Below the pieces are notes generated by a model. That model had not been told where the DNA came from and did not search any database. It saw only the letters and a program-made list of their open reading frames with translations. DNA of 53,930 nt, filler included, from Jimgerdemannia flammicorona (lineage: Eukaryota): the NCBI GenBank assembly GCA_003990765.1. It is 2 parts of 2 records of this genome, joined end to end, with 100 filler letters (N's around TTAATTAATTAA, not from the genome) between each part and the next. Parts side by side here need not be neighbours in the genome. Positions count along the whole stretch, not along the records: positions 27,017 to 53,930 come from RBNJ01000679.1; 1 more part is not named here. The stretch is one strand, 5' to 3'. A program made the translations under genes and the position numbers. Positions 48,087 through 53,930 of the stretch are shown here, piece by piece (the stretch's first letter is position 1; every line of letters starts with the position of its first letter).

Positions 48087-51000
48087 ACACCTTTCTCAGC
48101 TACCATTCATGTTATACACACTTTTACAACACACTTTCAAGTCATTTATTGGAGAAAGGTACTAAGGCAATGACAAATAGCAAGCAATCTGAGGTGTATA
48201 CTGAGCAGGGTGGTCCTAGCATGTTTGACTGGTAGCAGGTAGAGAGAGGTCCTGGCCTGAGGAGAGGCATGAGGGGGCTGTTGGCAGAAGGATGAGGAGG
48301 GGGAGGAGGCAGTGGTGGCAGACAGGGGTCTGGGAGGGTGAGCTTTGCAGAGAAGGTAAAGGAGAGGCAGCAGACATCTGGGTTGGAGGGTTGGCTGAGG
48401 AATGGCAAGGAGATGGAGAAGACAGCAGTTTGTGAGGGAGTAGCCCTTGGTGGTGAGAGCAGTAGAGCTGGGGGAGTAGTGGCTGGGGAGAGCATGATGA
48501 CTGATGGTGACAGGACTGCCAATCTGGAAAAAAATCCAGATGTGATGGCTGATGGTATGGCTGAGTGACTGAGGCTTGGAAGGCAAGAAGATTTGGCAGA
48601 TGGTGTGATGGGCCTGGCAGTGACTCCATTACTCAAGAAATTGATCTCAGCATTTGCAGTAACATTGTGCTTCTGGGGCCTGACAGTGATAGTAAAAATG
48701 GTTCTGGGGCTTATTGCTAAGCAGGTGGCTGGAGCAGCATTCATAAAATTCCTGAAGAGATTGGAGGGAGTGGAGGTGGGCTTTGAGGAGGCCAAGCCTC
48801 TGGAGGAAGCACTGAAGGTTGGATTGATAGTTGGAGAGATGTGTGTTCCATGGCACACTGCCTGAAATGGGACCCCAGGGTAGTCCAACTGCTGGTGAAA
48901 GGAGTGTCTATGGTGACAGTGGTGGAGATGAGAAGGAGAGTCGAGGAGGTCATGGCAGAGTATGGTGAGGTGGTGGATATTAGATTCAGAGTCTGAGAAG
49001 GGACCTCACTCAGGACTGGAGATGTGGATGTAAGGATTTGGCTAGCAGGGAAAGAAGCTACTGGGAAGGCAAGGGACTGGCCTTCAGAGATGGTCTGGGG
49101 GGCAATCTTATGCAAGGTAACAAGGGTGAAGAGGAGTGAGGAGGAGGAAGAGGACTTGCTGGAGGTACTGGAAGAGCTGAGTGGAGCAGTGAAGTAGTGG
49201 GCAAAGGCTTGGAAGGCTTTTGTGGAGTCAATATACTTAGAGGTGGTGGATGGGAAGTGGATTCAAGTGGACAAGGGGCAATAGGAAAAAGCTCAGGGGT
49301 GTAAGCATCAGAAGGAGCTACTGGTTAAGATGGAAAGTTGACCACAAAAGGAGATAGATGGAATGGTGGAAATGGGGGGTGCCAGGGTGAGTGTCTGAGC
49401 TAGCGAGGATGGTGGGAGTGCAGAGAAGGGGACAGGAGAGGACAGGAAAGCAGCTGGCAATGACCTGTATACTGATGGTACATTGGAGGTCTGGGAAGAG
49501 GACTGGGAGGGATCACCTACCCCCACTCCTCTTATCAGGTGAGATCCAGCTTCCCAGAGCAGAGTGGGAGAGGATGTGCCAATGAAGGGGGCTCAGTAAG
49601 TGTAATTTGAAGTTCCTGAGGTAGCAAATGGGGGGCAGGTGGTGGTGGTTGTAGAGGAGGAACTGGTAGATGTCCTGGAGGTGTGGGATGAGGCTGCAAG
49701 TACTGGGGCTAACACCACGATGTTGGATGGTGAGAGATCAGCAACCCCTGGGGAGAAGGAGGTGGGAAACCTACTTTGGATATGCAGGATGATGAACAAC
49801 CTGGCAGCTGAAGAGTTGGGGGAGGTAGACTTGAGAGTAATGAGTGATGAGCATTGGGTATAGATCCTGCAGGGGGAGAGTGTAGAGTTGGCATTGAAGG
49901 CTGAGATCCTTATAGTGTATCTGGAGGAGGAAGGGTATGAGGTGGATAAGGAGCAGGAGGCAGAGCTAGCAGGGGTTGCTGGCGAGAGGGCTAAATACTG
50001 TTGGGCCAAGTAATATGGATTGCAGCTGTGGCAGAAGGCCTGCCTGGAGTACCAAGAGGAGTTTGAGGAGAAGGCAGATGGAGAGATGAATGAGCTATTG
50101 GCTGGATTGGAGACTCAGAGGGCTGAAGAGGAGGTGGTGACTGCAGAACATAATCTGGACATGGTACAGGAAGAGATGAACATGGAGCAGTAAGGATGGA
50201 CTGGATAAACACACCATACTTCATTATGAATAGTACAACCAACATTTTTTCTTTGAATGTGAATGGGTTATGGGGTGCTTATTGATATAAAAACATTTTT
50301 ACTTAGCTAAAGGGATTGGAGGCTGATCTCTTCCTCTTGCAGGATGTCAGGTGTGAAGATGATTTAGATAGACTAGAATGGACAAAGGAATGGGGAGGTG
50401 AGGCAGTTTGGAAGGGAAAGGTTGGGATTCTGGTATGGAAAGACAGAGGGGAGATAAGGAATATGCAGAGCTAGGGGGATAGATTGGTCTGGGGTAAGTG
50501 GATATGTACAGGATGGGAGCCAGTCACAGTGGGCTCCTATTACTGCCCTACTGTATAGGGTGAGTATGTAGATTAGATAAAGGGCCTTCAGGAGAGTGAG
50601 ATCCTTGCAGAGGCTGGAGTGGATGTGCTTGGTGGAGACTACAATATGGTCCAAGATATACTGTTGGATAGAACAGATGGAGGACAGGGAGCTGAGGGTC
50701 AAAGTAGCAGACTGGCAGCATGAGAGGAAGTGGAAAGGCTGAGTGCTCTGGTGGATGCAGATCGAGAGTGCTGGGGGGATAGGAGGGTATACGTGCATTG
50801 GACAGGAGGCTTGGGAATAAGAATTGATTGGATTCTGACAGCCAGCTGCTGGGGCTTGGATGTTTGGAAGTCACTGGAGGTGGAATGGTGTCCTTGATCA
50901 GATCATTGGGGGCTTTTAGGACAGGGGCAATTTGGGGGGAGTGGGGATGAGCCTGGACATTGGTGCCTCAATTCCTCCTTATTAGATGATAAGATCTGGT

Positions 51001-53930
51001 GGGATGGGTGGGCTGTGGACATTCAACTGAGGGTAGAGTGTTGGAGACAGGAAGGTGCCCCAGTTGGTGTTCAGTGGTTGTGGATAAAAGAGATGGCCAG
51101 AACCTACTGGAGTGAGGCTAGCAAGGAGGCTGAAAAACAGAGGAGGTGATGGGTGAGATGGGCTTCTAGTAGACTATCTAGACTCATTGAGAATTGGGCA
51201 AGACTGGCAACATTGGAGGGAGAGGAGAATTGGAGATCAATGAGGGTGAAAAAGGAGGTTGGCAAACTACAACAGATATTGTAGGAGGAGGAAGAGGCAA
51301 AGGTGCAGAGCTTGGCAGTACAGCTCCATTGGCAGGGTTTGGAAGAAGGGGAGAGACCCTCTAAGTATCTCAAGAGAGCCCTCTAGGTGAGAAGGGTGCA
51401 GCAAAGGTGGGAGGGGGTGCTTGACTCTGATGGTATACTGGTGTATAGTATATAAGACATTCTTGGATCTTTAAAGGAGCATTGGAGTAGATTGTGGAGT
51501 GAGGAGGAGGGTGGGGTAGATGCTGAGGCCATTGACCAAGTATTAGAGGATTGGTACTCCCTATGAATAGATGGGTTGAGAGACTTGGTGTTGCCAGTAC
51601 AAGAAGAGGAGATCTATCAGGTTCTTGCTATGACATCGCTGGATATGGTGCCTGGGGAGGATGGTTTGCCCTGAGACTTCTGGAAGAAGATGGTGAGGAT
51701 CCCAGGAGTACTGGATAAGATGATAGCATTGTGTGATTTGATTCTACTGATAGGGAGATGGGTGGGGAAACAGGATCTGGGGTTGGTAACATTGCTCTAT
51801 AAGAACAAAGGAAGGCGAGAGGACTGGAAGAACTGGAGGCTGATTATGCTACTGGATATGGACAGAAAGTTGGTTACTAAGGTGGTGGCAGAAGGTGGCC
51901 CAGCAAGTCTTGGATGTTGAGCAGAGGAGCTTTGTAGGAGGCCAGCTCATTAGGGATGATACAGTCTGGATGCATGGAGTTATTGAAGGGGTATGAGCTA
52001 GTGGGTTGGATGGATGTCTGGTCTTTTTAGACCAGGAGAAGGCTTATGACTGGGTGAGATGAGTCTGGCTGGTAAAAATATTGGATAGGACTGGAGTTCC
52101 ATGCCAGTTCAGGTCAGCAATGGTCAGCCTACTGGAAGGGAGTAGGGCTGCACTTATGTGTAATGGACATAGAGGGGTAGTATTTCCCCTTGGTAGGGGG
52201 GTGCCCCAGAGGGACCCACTGTTCCCTATTCTGTATGCCCTTTCCCTAGAACCCTTAATGGATAGAATCAGGCAGAAGATAGTGGGGCTCTCCATCTTTG
52301 GCATTGGGTGGAAAGTAGGGGCCTTTGTAGATAACATAGTGGTCAGACTAAGATCTATTGCTGATATGAAGAAGTTTAAGAAGACAGTGGAGTGGTATGA
52401 GGAGAACTCTGGTGCTAAACTTAATTAGTATAAGTGCAAAACGATGGTGTTAGGCAATGGTCTGGTGGGAGGGAAGGTTATTGGAACAATTATCTCTGCT
52501 GGTGAGGCAGTATAGTACTTGGGTATCTATCTGTTGGTGTATGGGTCAGTTCTATCCAGGCTTTGGTGGGAGCAGTAGGTTGGAATCTGGGGGGAGGCCT
52601 TGTGGAGTTGGGGGGGTTGTCAATTGTCTCTGGCAGGGTGGGTCTCAATTTTGAATGTCTACTGACTGCCAAAGTTATGGTATCTGGCTTATCATCTGGA
52701 CTTCCCAGTCTGGGTGGTGAAGAGATTGATGAAGCTGGCCAAGAGGTGAATCTGGGCTGGATGAAGGAGTCAGATCAGCTGAGAGGTCTTGTCATTACTA
52801 GTGGCGAGAGGTGGACTTGGGCTGGTTGACTTTCCCAAGAGGCTACACTGCTTGAGAGCATAGTGACTGAAGAGAGCTATGGAGTTGAGAGGGAGAGGTT
52901 GGATTCCCCTATTGCAGAAGGTCTGGGAGATAAGGTTCTCACCTAGAGACTTAACTGGAGATCTTCTATCTTTGATTGGCCTTCGGAATACTGAACAATT
53001 GCAATACAAAGGCTTCTGGTGGGGGGTGGCAGAGGGAGTATACCACATTGGAATTCATTAGCAGGAAAATGAAGGAGAGGTGGCTTGGGACCTGGTGATG
53101 TGGTAATGGGACTGGGTATTGCTGAGTAGCATTCCCTTACTTGAGTTTGACATTAGTAATGAGATTGAATGCCAAAGGGGACCAGGTCAGGATCTGTGGC
53201 CCAGTGGTTGGCAAGGAGTAGGAATCAGTGAAGAGTGGGACTGGCATGGTATGTGGGCCTGGAGTGCTGAGGTGAGAAGATGCTGCTGAAGTACTGGGTG
53301 ACTTAGTGGTGCATGCTGAGGAGGAATGTAATACTCAACTACTGCTCAGGTCACCTTGTTGAGGGAGGTTGCTTTGACTGTAAGAAGTGCTATAATGTAA
53401 GGCAGGAAGGGGGATATGTGCAGATACCTGAATATTGGCTAGGTGAGTATGAGGTACTTAGTGACTTTTGGCAGGCTATCAGGGATCATTTGGGGGTAGG
53501 GTGTAGGGGAGTTGGCATGTGGGGGTGGTGGGAGGATCTGAGGGATAGTCTGATGGGGGGAGTGGGAAAGGAATGGCTCACATTAGGCTGGGCTCTGACT
53601 ATTTGGGTGGGGTTGGCCAGCTACTGGCTATTTGTTTTTGAGGATAGGAGGAGACTGGGCTTGGGGGTCTGACTGCTGCAGTGGCATAGACTTATGGAAG
53701 ACACCTTGACAGGCTGGTGGTTTCATTGGAGGTTGCAGGGTGGTTGGAGGTGTCAATTGGTGAAGAAAATCTGTAGGCAGAGTGGGGGAAGGGTTGGAGT
53801 AGTGGGTGAGAAGGTGGTCTTTATTCAGGAGAGGGTGGGGAGTCCTCTATGGAAATTGGGTAGTGGGAGGAGATACTGTAAACTTATTATTAGACTGGTA
53901 ATAAATGGTGGAGTCCAAGTGACTATAAAA
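48087..53930 (+). mobile_element. LINE copy 3, full-length, degenerate; window ends at the start of its poly(A)
   Basis: 5' end ACACCTTTCTC as in copy 1. ORF2 ATG at 50226 (MNSTTNIFSLNVN); RT motifs at 51700-52430. The 3' end TAATAAATGGTGGAGTCCAAGTGACTATAAAA matches the pre-poly(A) end of copy 2. Confidence 0.9.

Overview
Eukaryotic, intron-rich DNA. Gene content, short GT-AG introns and the TE load suggest an early-diverging (Mucoromycota-like) fungus, but this is inference. Positions 1-22.3 kb are mostly CpG-rich host DNA: a 3'-incomplete TMEM94 (P-type-ATPase-like) gene and three paralogous BTB-domain genes on the minus strand (a pseudogene, a BTB-SPRY gene, and a 15-exon BTB-MATH-USP7-like fusion). 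In the fusion, all three USP catalytic residues are substituted (Cys>Ser, His>Gln, Asp>Glu) and the protein ends before UBL3-5, yet every exon I could trace stays in frame. It is a candidate Cullin-3 adaptor built from a catalytically dead deubiquitinase and is the main finding. A complete dUTPase- and chromodomain-bearing Ty3/Gypsy element lies between two of the BTB genes. Positions 22.3-53.9 kb are a nest of CpG-depleted, C>T/G>A-eroded transposons: an old Gypsy, three apparently full-length L1/Tx1-like LINEs, a hAT element (with a second divergent ORF and large internal palindromes) inserted in one LINE, and a Copia interrupted by another LINE. One scaffold gap carries an artificial TTAATTAATTAA linker. 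Exon and element boundaries were read by eye and may be off by a few bases.
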